Shown here: piece after piece, positions 1 through 10,721 of the stretch | Layout: the number at the start of each line of letters is the position of its first letter | Numbering within the stretch: the first letter of the stretch is position 1 | Source of the DNA: a virus | Lineage: Duplodnaviria > Caudoviricetes | IMG/VR virus record: IMGVR_UViG_3300025809_001850 | Length of the DNA stretch: 64,000 nucleotides | Strand: one strand, 5' to 3' | Position numbers and translations under genes: made by a program | Notes under the pieces: model-generated | Told to the model about the DNA's origin: nothing | The model's input: the letters and a program-made list of their open reading frames with translations, nothing else | The model's database searches: none

Positions 1-11
1 CACACGAAAAC

Positions 12-725
12 ATGACATTCATGAATAGTCGTGAAGCACGATGGTTGAGAGTTCTTGCGGAATTGATGGAAACAGAAGCCAGAATGAAAAAAACTGGTAT
101 TAGACACACAATTGTTTTTCAAGGAAGTGCAAGAATCAACGAAGAATCTGAACAATTTAAAAAGAACAAATATGATCGTTATTATACCGAAGCATATCAA
201 CTCAGCAAGCAATTGACTGAGTGGTCAGAAGAAAACTTCACAGAACGAGAAAACAAATTTTATATCAGCAGTGGTGCTGGACCAGGCATTATGGAAGCAG
301 CCAATAAAGGCGCACACGATGCAGGAGGAAAATCAGTTGGTCTTGGAATCAATCTTCCGTTTGAACAAACCAACAATGAGTATGTAACTCCTGAGTTGGA
401 TTTTGTTTATCATTATTTCTTTACACGCAAATATTGGTTTCTTTATCAAGCAAAAGCATTGGTTGTATTTCCAGGTGGTTTCGGAACAATGGACGAACTA
501 TTTGAAGCATTAACTTTAATTCAATGTCAAAAGATTGAAAAACCTGTTCCAACAATTTTATACGGAAAAGATTTTTGGGAAAATGTGATTGGTTGGGACA
601 AATTTATTGAAGCAGGAACAATCAGCAAAAAAGACTTGAATTTGTTTAAAATTGTAGATGATGTAGAAACTGCAAAAACTTTTTTGATTGAACAGTTAAC
701 AAAACACTATAAACTTCATTTTTAG
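12..725 (+). CDS. LOG family nucleotide monophosphate nucleosidase (SLOG, TIGR00730-like)
   Basis: SGAGPGIMEAANKGA, FFTRK and the PGGFGTMDE signature. Confidence 0.9.
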   Translation: MTFMNSREARWLRVLAELMETEARMKKTGIRHTIVFQGSARINEESEQFKKNKYDRYYTEAYQLSKQLTEWSEENFTERENKFYISSGAGPGIMEAANKGAHDAGGKSVGLGINLPFEQTNNEYVTPELDFVYHYFFTRKYWFLYQAKALVVFPGGFGTMDELFEALTLIQCQKIEKPVPTILYGKDFWENVIGWDKFIEAGTISKKDLNLFKIVDDVETAKTFLIEQLTKHYKLHF

Positions 726-1397
726 ATGCGACTTTCATGGACACATAAATTTTTGTATATTTCTATACACAAAACTGCAAGTTCAACGGTAAGAGAACTT
801 TTAGATCCTTATTCGGATATGACATCATGTGGTGACAAACAAACAATTTGTTATCATCATATTCCTGCAAAGAAAATGAAATATTATTTTGATGAAAGAT
901 ATATTAAAGCAGATAAACAGAATTGGGACTGGAATAACTTTTTTAAATTTACCACTGTACGAAATCCTTGGGATAGAAAATTATCTACATTTTCATACTT
1001 AAAACGAAAAGCACAGGAATTCAAAAAATTTGATTTGGGGTTTGATCCAACATGGTTTGTTGAAAAAACCTTGCGAATAGATGAAGAATGTGATAACTTT
1101 AAAGATTATCTCAAAAAATATTGTAAACCAAATAAAAAAAGAAATCGACAGGTTGATTGGGTACTTGACAAAAATGGAAATAATATGTTAGACTATGTAG
1201 TTAAAGTGGAAAATTTAAAACATGATTTAAAGTATGCTTTCAAGCAAATCGGTTTACCTGAACCTAATCTCGTTCATGCAAACAAAAGTGAACATCGTCC
1301 TTATACGGAAACATACGATGAACAATGGATGATTGATAAAGTTGCACAAAGATACAAAGATGACATTAAACACTTTGATTATGAATTCGGAAACTAA
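726..1397 (+). CDS. Sulfotransferase family 2 protein
   Basis: 5'-PSB loop IHKTASSTV and 3'-PB motif VRNPWDRKLS. Confidence 0.85.
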   Translation: MRLSWTHKFLYISIHKTASSTVRELLDPYSDMTSCGDKQTICYHHIPAKKMKYYFDERYIKADKQNWDWNNFFKFTTVRNPWDRKLSTFSYLKRKAQEFKKFDLGFDPTWFVEKTLRIDEECDNFKDYLKKYCKPNKKRNRQVDWVLDKNGNNMLDYVVKVENLKHDLKYAFKQIGLPEPNLVHANKSEHRPYTETYDEQWMIDKVAQRYKDDIKHFDYEFGN

Positions 1398-1403
1398 CAT
1401 TAT

Positions 1404-2564
1404 ATGAACAAAAAACTATTTACATCAGAAAGTGTGTCGAGTGGACATCCAGATAAAGTATGCGATCAAATTTCAGATGCAGTTCTTGACGCATTTTTGA
1501 CACAAGACCCCAACGCAAGAGTTGCGTGTGAAACATTTGCGACAACCGGATTGGTTGTTGTTGGAGGAGAAATTACCGCAGAGGGTTGGGTAAACTTTCA
1601 AGAAGTAGCACGTGAAGTTTTATCAGACATTGGATACACCAATGAAAAATACGGAATAAGTGCAAGTGGATGCTCTGTATTGTTTACAGTTGATCGTCAA
1701 AGTGCTGATATTGCTATGGGGGTTAATGAAAATGAAGGGGAGCACAAAGAAGCAGGTGCAGGTGATCAAGGACTTATGTTTGGATATGCTTGCAACGAAA
1801 CACCTGAACTTATGCCATTGCCTATTATGTTATCGCATCAAATTATCAAACGGGTAGAATCAGCAAGACACAACAAAGAACTTGAGTATCTTCGTCCTGA
1901 TGCAAAAGCACAAGTTACGGTGGAATACGATGAAAACGATAAACCAATTCGTGTAGATACAATTGTGTTATCAACTCAGCACGATGAGAATATAACGCAA
2001 GAAACAATCAAAGCAGATATAGAAGTTTTAATTCGTGAAGTTGTAAATGAAAAGTATTTAATGAACACCAAATTTCATATCAATCCAACAGGTCAATTCA
2101 TTATCGGTGGACCCCACGGAGATACAGGCCTTACTGGTCGTAAAATCATCGTTGATACTTACGGAGGAATGGCAAGACACGGAGGTGGAGCATTTAGTGG
2201 CAAAGACCCTACCAAAGTAGATAGAAGTGCGGCTTATATGGCACGACACGTTGCTAAAACAATTGTAGCAAGTGGAATAGCAGACAAATGTGAACTTCAA
2301 CTTGCTTATGCAATTGGAGTTGCGAAACCTGTGAGTGTTCGGATTGATACATTCCAAACAAGTAAAGTCGCCGAGACCAACATTGAAAATGCAGTTTTGA
2401 AAAACTTTGATTTAACACCAGAGGGAATCATCAACTACCTTGATCTCAGAAAACCTATTTATCGCAAAACTTCTTATCACGGACACTTTGGTCGTAACGA
2501 TGTTTCGTGGGAAAATATAAACGAAGACAAAAAACAAATTTTTGTGGAATTACAAAACAATTAA
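1404..2564 (+). CDS. metK: S-adenosylmethionine synthetase
   Basis: [57 protein letters not shown]. Confidence 0.98.
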   Translation: MNKKLFTSESVSSGHPDKVCDQISDAVLDAFLTQDPNARVACETFATTGLVVVGGEITAEGWVNFQEVAREVLSDIGYTNEKYGISASGCSVLFTVDRQSADIAMGVNENEGEHKEAGAGDQGLMFGYACNETPELMPLPIMLSHQIIKRVESARHNKELEYLRPDAKAQVTVEYDENDKPIRVDTIVLSTQHDENITQETIKADIEVLIREVVNEKYLMNTKFHINPTGQFIIGGPHGDTGLTGRKIIVDTYGGMARHGGGAFSGKDPTKVDRSAAYMARHVAKTIVASGIADKCELQLAYAIGVAKPVSVRIDTFQTSKVAETNIENAVLKNFDLTPEGIINYLDLRKPIYRKTSYHGHFGRNDVSWENINEDKKQIFVELQNN

Positions 2565-2570
2565 AATATC

Positions 2571-3017
2571 ATGGCAGACGAAAAAGAAAAAGTAGCATTA
2601 TATGATGCAATTGATGCAAGCATATTAAAAACAATTCCAAATCCAAGCAAAGAACCTTACGAAATAAAAGTAAAAGTTCCTGAGTTTACATTTCTTGGTG
2701 TGAACGAACAACCAGATTTTGGTGTGCTTTATATCACAATTTATCCAACCAAGAAAATTATTGAACTTAAAAGTTTAAAGCAATACACTTATCAGTTGCG
2801 TAACATCGTTGTTTCATATGAACGACTTATCAACGTGGTATATGATCAGTTAATGCAAGTGTATGCTCCAGATCGTTTGCGGTTGGTTTTGAAAAGCAAT
2901 CCAAGAGGTGGTATCAGTAGTCGTTTGGTTATTGATAGTGATTGGTCTGCAAGAGGTGGCAAAGAAAAATATCGTGACTGGGGATCAACTGATGATTCTT
3001 GGGAAGTAACGATGTGA
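2571..3017 (+). CDS. QueF-like T-fold protein lacking the catalytic Cys
   Basis: PEFT..QPDF, ELKSLKQY and PRGGIS motifs of QueF; PEFTFLGVNEQPDF replaces canonical PEFTSLCPxTGQPDF. Confidence 0.75.
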   Translation: MADEKEKVALYDAIDASILKTIPNPSKEPYEIKVKVPEFTFLGVNEQPDFGVLYITIYPTKKIIELKSLKQYTYQLRNIVVSYERLINVVYDQLMQVYAPDRLRLVLKSNPRGGISSRLVIDSDWSARGGKEKYRDWGSTDDSWEVTM

Positions 3018-3063
3018 CTATAAAAACTCGTTTCCAATCATATTTATAAATTGGAGATGATGT

Positions 3064-3723
3064 ATGTTACTTTCGCACGACAAAAAGTTTTTATTCGTTG
3101 CAGTTCATAAAACTGGAAGCACTTCTATTAGAAGGTTGCTCAACAAATACACAGATGTAAAAGCATCATCGGATAGTAAATCACCTTACTTTTTTCATGC
3201 GTCTGCGTTATCGTTAAAGCATGAATTCGCAATGAATAAATGGAACTGGTCTTCTTATTTCAAATTTGGATTTGTTAGAAATCCGTGGGAACGATTAGTA
3301 TCAGCATATTTTTATCGTCAGAAAATGGTAAAAAAATGGAAAGAAAACCCACCTACCACCAATTTTTATCATAATGTCAATGAAGCATTTTCTTATGAAC
3401 TTGGAACAACAAAAAACTTCAAAGATTGGATAAAGAAGTTTTTGGTAAACGGAAAACATGAAATTGTAATGCATCAACACAAATATCTTGTTGATGAAAA
3501 TAAAAAATTGTTGATAAACTTTGTTGGAAAACTAGAAAACATAAATCAAGATTTTAATAAAATAATCAACAAACTTGGTGTAGACGTAAAACCTCTTGAA
3601 AACAAAAACAAATCAAATCACAGAAAGTATTCAACTTACTACGATGAATATACTCAAATGTTGGTGCATGATTATTACTCGGTTGATATAAATTTGTTTG
3701 AATATGAATTCAATGAAAAGTAA
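3064..3723 (+). CDS. Sulfotransferase family 2 protein
   Basis: VHKTGSTSI and FVRNPWERLVSAY; paralogue of 726..1397. Confidence 0.85.
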   Translation: MLLSHDKKFLFVAVHKTGSTSIRRLLNKYTDVKASSDSKSPYFFHASALSLKHEFAMNKWNWSSYFKFGFVRNPWERLVSAYFYRQKMVKKWKENPPTTNFYHNVNEAFSYELGTTKNFKDWIKKFLVNGKHEIVMHQHKYLVDENKKLLINFVGKLENINQDFNKIINKLGVDVKPLENKNKSNHRKYSTYYDEYTQMLVHDYYSVDINLFEYEFNEK

Positions 3724-4624
3724 ATACTTTATGCTGAAACCTATCAATGGTCTGGCAAACCGTTTGCGAGTTTTATTTTCCTATAAAATAATTGCAGATT
3801 ATTTAAAACTTCCATTTTATGTTTACTGGACGAAGTCAAGTGGATTTGACGAAACGCAGTTAACAGACCTGATTTCAGTTTCGGACTTGGAATTTATAAA
3901 CGAAGATGTATGGAACGAACATCGTCCTGTGTCATTTCACATAGACAAACGAATCTCAGGAACAAGTGAGTTTAAACTTGATTCAACAAAAGAAAAGAAA
4001 AGTGAATCAATGGCAAATTTATTGATGAACAAAACATTTACCAAGATAACCGCAGAAGTTTCAAATTTACCGAACTGGTCTTTTAATGATGCTCTTGTAA
4101 ATAAAATACCAAATCATAAAAAATTATACAAGAAAATGGTTCGTTCATTGTCAGTTTCAAATAAAGTAAAAACTGAATCTCAGCAAACATTGAAGTTATT
4201 TGATAATGATGTGATCGGGGTGCATTTAAGATTTGGTGATGCAATGGATTCCGAAAATCCAAAGCACAAACTGCACACTAAAAATAATTTGGAAAAAATC
4301 ATAGATACTTGTAAAAATCATGTTGGAAAAGTTTTTGTATCAACGGACGATCAAGAAGTGCTAGAACTGTTCAAAAATAAATTACCCAATAAACTTCTAT
4401 TCAGAGAAAAGCAATTCGTGCAAAGTAAATTAAATGCACAAAAGAATGGACAATTTGATGCAATGGTAGATTTGTATTTATTGTCACAAACAAATTATAT
4501 GCTTCCCACAAGTCCGAGTTCATTCGGAAAGTTTGCATCTGATGTCGGTGGGGATTTGTATAAAAAATATAGAAGTAATGAATCAAATATTTTAAAAGAA
4601 TTAGAAACTATAATTACTTGGTAA
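3713..4624 (+). CDS. O-/alpha-fucosyltransferase-like glycosyltransferase (NodZ/GT23/GT11-like)
   Basis: NGLANRL, IGVHLRFGD (HxRxxD), FVSTDD, AMVDLYLLS..SSFG; ATG 3713 preferred over TTG 3698. Confidence 0.7.
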   Translation: MKSKYFMLKPINGLANRLRVLFSYKIIADYLKLPFYVYWTKSSGFDETQLTDLISVSDLEFINEDVWNEHRPVSFHIDKRISGTSEFKLDSTKEKKSESMANLLMNKTFTKITAEVSNLPNWSFNDALVNKIPNHKKLYKKMVRSLSVSNKVKTESQQTLKLFDNDVIGVHLRFGDAMDSENPKHKLHTKNNLEKIIDTCKNHVGKVFVSTDDQEVLELFKNKLPNKLLFREKQFVQSKLNAQKNGQFDAMVDLYLLSQTNYMLPTSPSSFGKFASDVGGDLYKKYRSNESNILKELETIITW

Positions 4625-4641
4625 ATGATATTTATATTAAA

Positions 4642-6336
4642 ATGGATTTAACTAAAGACAGATTTTTAGCAATTGCTCCGGTAAATGGTTTGGGTAATCG
4701 TATGCGGGCAATATGTTCATACAAAGTTCTTGCTGATTATTTGAAAGTTCCGTTGTTAATATATTGGCACAAAACAGAAGGATTTGATGACACACCAATT
4801 GAAAAACTAGTAAAGACCGATAAATTAAATGCGACATTTATAAAAGAGTCTGAATGGCAACGATGCAGAGAAAACTCCAAGCATATTGATAAATTAGTTG
4901 CAGGTGTATATGAAAAAGATATAGCATCGGCCGACACAAGTGTCGAGGATTCAACTGCACACATTGAAAATGTAAACAACATCATGTCAGGATCATTTAA
5001 AAGTTATAGTGTAATGACCAGTAATTCATTTTGTATTCCGTTTTTTGGTAATTCATCAGGATCTGAATATACAAAATACAAATATGATTTTTGGAAAGCA
5101 TATTTAAACGAAATAAAAAGTTTAGAACCGAGTGATGAAGTTTTAGCAGCCTGTGGTCAAACTCTTTCTGAGTTTGATGCCGACACCATCGGAATTCATA
5201 TAAGAAGAGGAGATGCAACATCACGTGATAATCCAAATTGCTATCATTATGGAATACACCCTAAATACATTGATCTTGAGGTAGGAAAGTTGATTAAAAA
5301 AAATTCCAAGCTTAAAGTATTTTTGGCTACAGATTCGGTAGATACACATCAAAAATTAAAAGCAAAATACAAAGATAAAATAATTTCATACGATAAAAGT
5401 TTTGTCGAAAGTAAGTTTAACTCGGAAAAACCCGGACAATTTGATGCAATGGTGGAGGTGTATTTGTTAAGTAAAACAACAAAACTATATACTACCCGGT
5501 GGAGTACCTTTTCAGAATTAGCTCGTGGAATGGGGAAACTACCAAGTGAGGTAATCTCAGTTTCTCCTGGTAGCACAACATCGTTGCGTAATTTACCCAA
5601 GCATACAGGTGTAAGTTTGTTAACTTGTTGTATGAACAGAAATGAAAATTTAAAGAAATCACTTGAAACATGGCTAAAAGTACCTGAAATAGATGAGATT
5701 ATAATAGTTGATTGGGGATCGTCCGTACCTGTTTGGAAACTAATTCCCAAAGAAACAAATGGAAAGAAAATTAAATTAGTTTCTGCACCTGATGAAACAA
5801 AATGGATTCTGAGTCGTGCTTTTAACTTGGGTGCGTCATTTGCCACTCGGCAGAATTTACTTAAATTAGATGCGGATATAATGTTGTCTCCTGATGTTAT
5901 CAAAGACAATAAACTGACTGACCACAATTTTTTTCATGGTACTTGGAAAACTGCCAAAGACTTAAATGAAGAAAGTTTAAACGGGCAATTATATTGTAAA
6001 ACGGCAGACTTCTGGAAAGTAAATGGATACCACGAAGGAATTGTTACATACGGTTGGGATGATGATGATTTGTACGGAAGATTGATTGGTGCTGGATTGA
6101 CCGAGGAGTATATGACATCTGAACATATTTACCACATACCGACTTCACATAAAAAACGAATAGAGTCTCAAGACGAGTTTAAAGGCAAGGATGCTAGTTT
6201 GGAGATTATAAGAGAGTCTATTCAAACAAATCGTAAGTGGTGTCTTGAAAATCCGTGGGGCCCAAGCAAAAGACTAATAAATTACGATGTGCAAAAAATT
6301 GACGAGTATGTTTATGTTTGCTTTCCAAAGAGGTGA
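4642..6336 (+). CDS. Two-domain glycosyltransferase: fucosyltransferase-like N-terminus plus GT2/GT7-like C-terminus
   Basis: NGLGNRM, GIHIRRGD, FLATDS; then LTCCMNR, IVDWGS, DAD, GWDDDDL. Confidence 0.75.
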   Translation: MDLTKDRFLAIAPVNGLGNRMRAICSYKVLADYLKVPLLIYWHKTEGFDDTPIEKLVKTDKLNATFIKESEWQRCRENSKHIDKLVAGVYEKDIASADTSVEDSTAHIENVNNIMSGSFKSYSVMTSNSFCIPFFGNSSGSEYTKYKYDFWKAYLNEIKSLEPSDEVLAACGQTLSEFDADTIGIHIRRGDATSRDNPNCYHYGIHPKYIDLEVGKLIKKNSKLKVFLATDSVDTHQKLKAKYKDKIISYDKSFVESKFNSEKPGQFDAMVEVYLLSKTTKLYTTRWSTFSELARGMGKLPSEVISVSPGSTTSLRNLPKHTGVSLLTCCMNRNENLKKSLETWLKVPEIDEIIIVDWGSSVPVWKLIPKETNGKKIKLVSAPDETKWILSRAFNLGASFATRQNLLKLDADIMLSPDVIKDNKLTDHNFFHGTWKTAKDLNEESLNGQLYCKTADFWKVNGYHEGIVTYGWDDDDLYGRLIGAGLTEEYMTSEHIYHIPTSHKKRIESQDEFKGKDASLEIIRESIQTNRKWCLENPWGPSKRLINYDVQKIDEYVYVCFPKR

Positions 6337-6342
6337 TGTGAA

Positions 6343-8160
6343 ATGGGATATCCTCTCGTTTCAATAATAACATCGTTGTATGATGGTGATGAATATATCC
6401 ACGACTTTCTACAAAATATAACAAAACAAAGCATTTTCAACAAATGCGAACTCATTATTATTGACGCAAATTCACCCGGTGAAGAACATTCAGTAATTTG
6501 CAGTTTTCAAGAACAATACGATAATATATTTTACGAATGTCTAGACCACGATCCAGGTATTTACGAAACATGGAATCATGCTATAAGAAAATCAAAAGGC
6601 AAATACATTACAAATGCCAATCTTGATGATGGTCGTTTATCAACGCACATTGAAGAATGTGTAAATGCGATGGAAAAAAATTCCACAATTTCAGTTGTTT
6701 CAACTGCGACTTATGTAATAAACGAACACGAAAACTTTTACGAAAAAAATGCAGATTCAATTCAACGATGGTTTATGAAAGGAGTACCTGAGTTTTATTG
6801 TGCGAAAGATATGTTTACAAACAAAAACGGAAAAATTGAATCTCGTAACATACCACACAATAGTCCTGTTTGGAAAAAATCCATCCACGATGAAATTGGT
6901 TATTTTGACGAAGCAAATTTCAAACACGCATCCGATTGGGAATTTTGGTTAAGAGCATCAACCAAAGGATTTTATTTTTATCACATAGCAAAACCACTAT
7001 CGGTATATAGAATTGTGGAAAACTCCCACAACCGACGTTCACGTGAAATTCACACCAACATCGCAGATAAAATTATCGATACGTATTATGATAAATCCCA
7101 GAAGTTGAATGGAATATTTGATTTCAATACTCAGTTTAAAGGAAGTTATGGAAAACATCGTAGTGGGTGGTCATTTGTAATGAATAGTTTGAAACCAAGA
7201 GGGAATAATCCACACGGATTAATATTTTCTTCGTTTATCGAACGAGACTTCGGATGGGCATTCAGTAACGAACTAATGAAGATAATGATGTTTCGTGGTT
7301 GGGTCGGCATTGCCCACGCACCCCATGAATATCCAAAATTTCTTGCAGACATAGTAAATCAATATCCAGACAAATATGTTAAAGATAAAAGATTTAGAAT
7401 GGTGTGGGGCAAATGTAAGGGTTTATTTACATTGACTGAGTATTTGGCAAACGAATGGAGACGGTTGCTTCCAAATGTTCCTGTGTCTGTATTAAAACAT
7501 CCAACTGAATTTACGGATGTTAAGTTTTCGATGGAAAGATTTTTATTGAATCAAGATAGAAAGATTATTCAAATTGGTTATTGGTTGCGTAAAATGACTG
7601 CAATTTTAAGATTAGAACCGAGGTATGATGTTCAAAAGGCAATCATTGAAATCGAAATAGATAAACATATTCCACATATTGCGAAATTATGGAATGCGTG
7701 TGTGAAGAACGAAATGCGAGAATCAAAATTTCAATTAAAGTTTGGACCCAATGACTTTGGTGACAATAAACGGAAATTTGACAATCTGTGTTCCAAATAT
7801 AAAACACAAGTTATACCCCGTCTATCAGATTACGAATATGATGTGCTGTTGTCGGAGAACATAGTGTTTTTTGATTTCTATGATATTTCGGCAAGTAATC
7901 TTGTTGTGGAGTGTATTGTTAGAAACACCCCGATACTGATAAAGAAGCATCCTGCCACAATTGAATATTTGGGTGAAGATTATCCGTTTTTCTTTGAAAC
8001 GATTGAAGATGCAAACTTAAAGGCAACTGATATGGAATTGATAAACAGAACTCACTTATACATGAAAACAGAAATTGATGTTCATAAATTTACCGCAGAA
8101 AGTTTCATCAGTTCTTTTTTTACAAGCAAGGTATACAATCAAATAAGCAACTCAAAATGA
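6343..8160 (+). CDS. GT2 glycosyltransferase with uncharacterised C-terminal domain
   Basis: VSIITSLY, IIIDANS, GIYETWNHAI, NLDD, SDWEFWLR. Confidence 0.8.
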   Translation: MGYPLVSIITSLYDGDEYIHDFLQNITKQSIFNKCELIIIDANSPGEEHSVICSFQEQYDNIFYECLDHDPGIYETWNHAIRKSKGKYITNANLDDGRLSTHIEECVNAMEKNSTISVVSTATYVINEHENFYEKNADSIQRWFMKGVPEFYCAKDMFTNKNGKIESRNIPHNSPVWKKSIHDEIGYFDEANFKHASDWEFWLRASTKGFYFYHIAKPLSVYRIVENSHNRRSREIHTNIADKIIDTYYDKSQKLNGIFDFNTQFKGSYGKHRSGWSFVMNSLKPRGNNPHGLIFSSFIERDFGWAFSNELMKIMMFRGWVGIAHAPHEYPKFLADIVNQYPDKYVKDKRFRMVWGKCKGLFTLTEYLANEWRRLLPNVPVSVLKHPTEFTDVKFSMERFLLNQDRKIIQIGYWLRKMTAILRLEPRYDVQKAIIEIEIDKHIPHIAKLWNACVKNEMRESKFQLKFGPNDFGDNKRKFDNLCSKYKTQVIPRLSDYEYDVLLSENIVFFDFYDISASNLVVECIVRNTPILIKKHPATIEYLGEDYPFFFETIEDANLKATDMELINRTHLYMKTEIDVHKFTAESFISSFFTSKVYNQISNSK

Positions 8161-8888
8161 AAATATCGTTTTTGACTTCTTGTATGGATAGATGCCACCA
8201 TCTAAAAAAGACTTATTTGAAGAACATTGAGAATAGCAAACCAACTTCGAACTGCGAAGTAGAGTTTGTGCTATTAAACTACAACTCCAAGGATGATTTA
8301 ACATCTTGGGTAGAAAAAACCAAGTTTTCTCAGAACTTTAGATTTTTGACAACCGACAAACCAACACAATTCAGTATGTCAAAAACAAAAAACATACTTG
8401 GTCGAAATGCAACCGGTGATATATTGTGTTGGTTGGATGCCGATAACTACACTCAACATGGTTTTGTTGATTATGTTGTGTCTGTATATACAAAGCAACC
8501 AAACTCTGCGTTGCGTGTCACGTGGAGCAATCAAACACAAGGAATGTGTGGGCGTGTCGTGTGTCGTAAGTCAGATTTTATTAAAATCGGTGGTTATGAT
8601 GAGCAACTAACTGGTTGGGGATACGAAGAACTTGACTTTTGCAAACGACTAGAAAAAACAGGAATCAATATGATTGAATTACCGTATCCGTTTCTTGGTA
8701 AAATCCAACATACGGACGCAGATAGGTTCAAAAATTATCCAACGAATTTGGTTGAGAAGTTGCCAAGTAATCATATATGTAGTCAAATGAATACCAAGTC
8801 AAATTATTTGAACTTCAAACTCAGTGAAAAAAACATCAAAAGAAATAAATTTATAGCAAACAAAAACTCTGATTGGGGTATTATATAA
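8157..8888 (+). CDS. GT2/GT7-like glycosyltransferase
   Basis: LTSCMDR, WLDADN, GGYDEQLTGWGYEELDF. Confidence 0.8.
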   Translation: MKISFLTSCMDRCHHLKKTYLKNIENSKPTSNCEVEFVLLNYNSKDDLTSWVEKTKFSQNFRFLTTDKPTQFSMSKTKNILGRNATGDILCWLDADNYTQHGFVDYVVSVYTKQPNSALRVTWSNQTQGMCGRVVCRKSDFIKIGGYDEQLTGWGYEELDFCKRLEKTGINMIELPYPFLGKIQHTDADRFKNYPTNLVEKLPSNHICSQMNTKSNYLNFKLSEKNIKRNKFIANKNSDWGII

Positions 8889-8925
8889 ATTATAAAAACT
8901 CCTTTGTTGTATATTTATTATATTA

Positions 8926-9462
8926 ATGGGAGCATCATCTAAAGATAAAGGAAACGCATGGGAACTTGAAGTAGCAAAGTTCCTTGAAGAAAACTTCGAA
9001 GGTAAGTTTAGTCGTGTTCCTAGATCAGGAGCAATGTTCGGTGGAGAAAATGCGGAAAACGCAGAAGGAGAGCGTTCAGATGTCGTTGAAATACTCACAG
9101 GAGACATTATCACACCAAAAGACTTTCCGTTTACCATTGAAGCAAAGCATTATGATGACTTTAAGTTTTCTCATTTGATACAAGGTGAAAACAAATTACT
9201 TGACGGGTGGTTGGAGTCTGCAATTAAAGACGCAGACCTTGCCAAGAGACTTCCTATGATAATGGCAAAGTTTAGTTACATTGGAAGTTATGTTGTGTTT
9301 GATTACCGAGTAGTGAAATCTGACAATGGAATATGTCCGAGTACATATTTTGAAAATCATTTGATATACAAACGAAAATGGTTGATGATTTCATTTGATG
9401 AATTTGTAAACGTTAAAAACATAATTGTGGATATGGCACGATTGAAACTTATATCAGACTGA
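8926..9462 (+). CDS. Holliday junction resolvase-like PD-(D/E)XK nuclease
   Basis: SKDKGNAWELEVAK, RVPRSGA, GDII, IEAK: Hjc-like phage resolvase pattern. Confidence 0.75.
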   Translation: MGASSKDKGNAWELEVAKFLEENFEGKFSRVPRSGAMFGGENAENAEGERSDVVEILTGDIITPKDFPFTIEAKHYDDFKFSHLIQGENKLLDGWLESAIKDADLAKRLPMIMAKFSYIGSYVVFDYRVVKSDNGICPSTYFENHLIYKRKWLMISFDEFVNVKNIIVDMARLKLISD

Positions 9463-9464
9463 TC

Positions 9465-9590
9465 ATGTATCATACGATTTTGGCATTTTTATTTTACTTA
9501 CATCTAATTCTGGGTGGATTGATTATATTCGGTTTTCTTGGAAGTGTATTATATACTTCATGTACGAATATGTTGCAATGGATAAGTTAA
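9465..9590 (+). CDS. Small membrane protein (41 aa)
   Basis: Read manually: MYHTILAFLFYLHLILGGLIIFGFLGSVLY..; below the ORF-track cutoff. Confidence 0.45.
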   Translation: MYHTILAFLFYLHLILGGLIIFGFLGSVLYTSCTNMLQWIS

Positions 9591-9718
9591 TTGAGATATT
9601 AAAATTTTTTGGTATACTGATACTGATAATCATACCTGTGGTTGTATTTTGGTACATATTATCAATGTACATGATCACAATCAATCTATTTGAGTTTTTC
9701 ATTGGAATCTTCTCATAA
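9578..9718 (+). CDS. Small membrane protein (46 aa)
   Basis: Read manually: MDKLIEILKFFGILILIIIPVVVFWYILS..; overlaps previous ORF. Confidence 0.45.
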   Translation: MDKLIEILKFFGILILIIIPVVVFWYILSMYMITINLFEFFIGIFS

Positions 9719-9758
9719 TAAAATTATAAAAACTAATATATACCATAGTTATTATAAT

Positions 9759-10241
9759 ATGAAGAAAGTAATATTTATCGGCAACGGAGATATGTATCGC
9801 AGTAAATTTGCGGAAGCATATTTTAACAATTTGGGCAAGTTAGAGTGTTTGTTTATGTTGAATACTCATGGAATGGGACGGTATCCCAGTTCAAGGTATC
9901 CAGCTGCATATAGCAGTAACATTGAGTTGACTGATTCGGTTGAGTTGAATGAGTTTTCAAAACAAGTATGTGATAGTTACTTGATGTTCGGAAATGATTG
10001 CTATTCTAAAGAACATACAGCTATATCAGACGAAGATTTTTCACATTGTGATATTATCGTGGTGGTAAGTGAAACAGAACAAAAAGATTTTATGATGAAA
10101 AACTATGAACAATATGCAGACAAAATGCAGTTCTGGAACATCAAGAAAGTTGCAGGTGACGAAAACGTAAAAACGAAAGTCACTTCAAGCATACGAAATA
10201 AAGTAAAAGAACTTTATGAAGATGTAACCAAAAAAAAGTAA
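9759..10241 (+). CDS. LMW protein-tyrosine phosphatase/ArsC-like fold, catalytic Cys absent
   Basis: KVIFIGNGDMYRSKFAEAYF resembles F[IV]CxGNxxRSxFAE; DFSHCDIIV and QFWNI also fit. Confidence 0.6.
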   Translation: MKKVIFIGNGDMYRSKFAEAYFNNLGKLECLFMLNTHGMGRYPSSRYPAAYSSNIELTDSVELNEFSKQVCDSYLMFGNDCYSKEHTAISDEDFSHCDIIVVVSETEQKDFMMKNYEQYADKMQFWNIKKVAGDENVKTKVTSSIRNKVKELYEDVTKKK

Positions 10242-10258
10242 ACACATATTTATAATAG

Positions 10259-10699
10259 ATGATGATAAACCAAACAATCAAGCATATTCGTGCATTTGAT
10301 AATTTTTCCACCGACAAACGAGTGGTTTTAAATTATACATCAAGTGCCAAAGAAATTGATGGAATCAATCGCAGTGCGGTTGATTCATTTTTTGCGTTTT
10401 GCAAACAAGAAGGTTGTTTAATATCAATGAGTGATTTTTCGTTGAAAAGCATGGCAGGAGACTCAATTTCTAGGTTTGAGGGAACATATTTCAATATAAA
10501 ATATGTTGAAACCACAGGTCAAAGAGAAATTTTGTTTGAAACCAAGTTTCCATCTGAGTCTGTTAAAATACTTTTTTTGAACCGAAACAAATCGGTTCGC
10601 GTGATAGAAAACACTTTTGATAAAAATCAAATAAAAGGTTCTTTGTTCAAACGAACTATTACAGAACTACCAAACTTACAATATATAGAGAGAATTTAA
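10259..10699 (+). CDS. Hypothetical protein
   Basis: 146-aa ORF preceded by ATATTTATA motif. Confidence 0.6.
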   Translation: MMINQTIKHIRAFDNFSTDKRVVLNYTSSAKEIDGINRSAVDSFFAFCKQEGCLISMSDFSLKSMAGDSISRFEGTYFNIKYVETTGQREILFETKFPSESVKILFLNRNKSVRVIENTFDKNQIKGSLFKRTITELPNLQYIERI

Positions 10700-10721
10700 T
10701 TATAATAACTGGAGATTAAAA

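Noticed and set aside
12-725. Lysine decarboxylase
   Set aside because: A known misannotation of LOG proteins; no PLP-binding motif.
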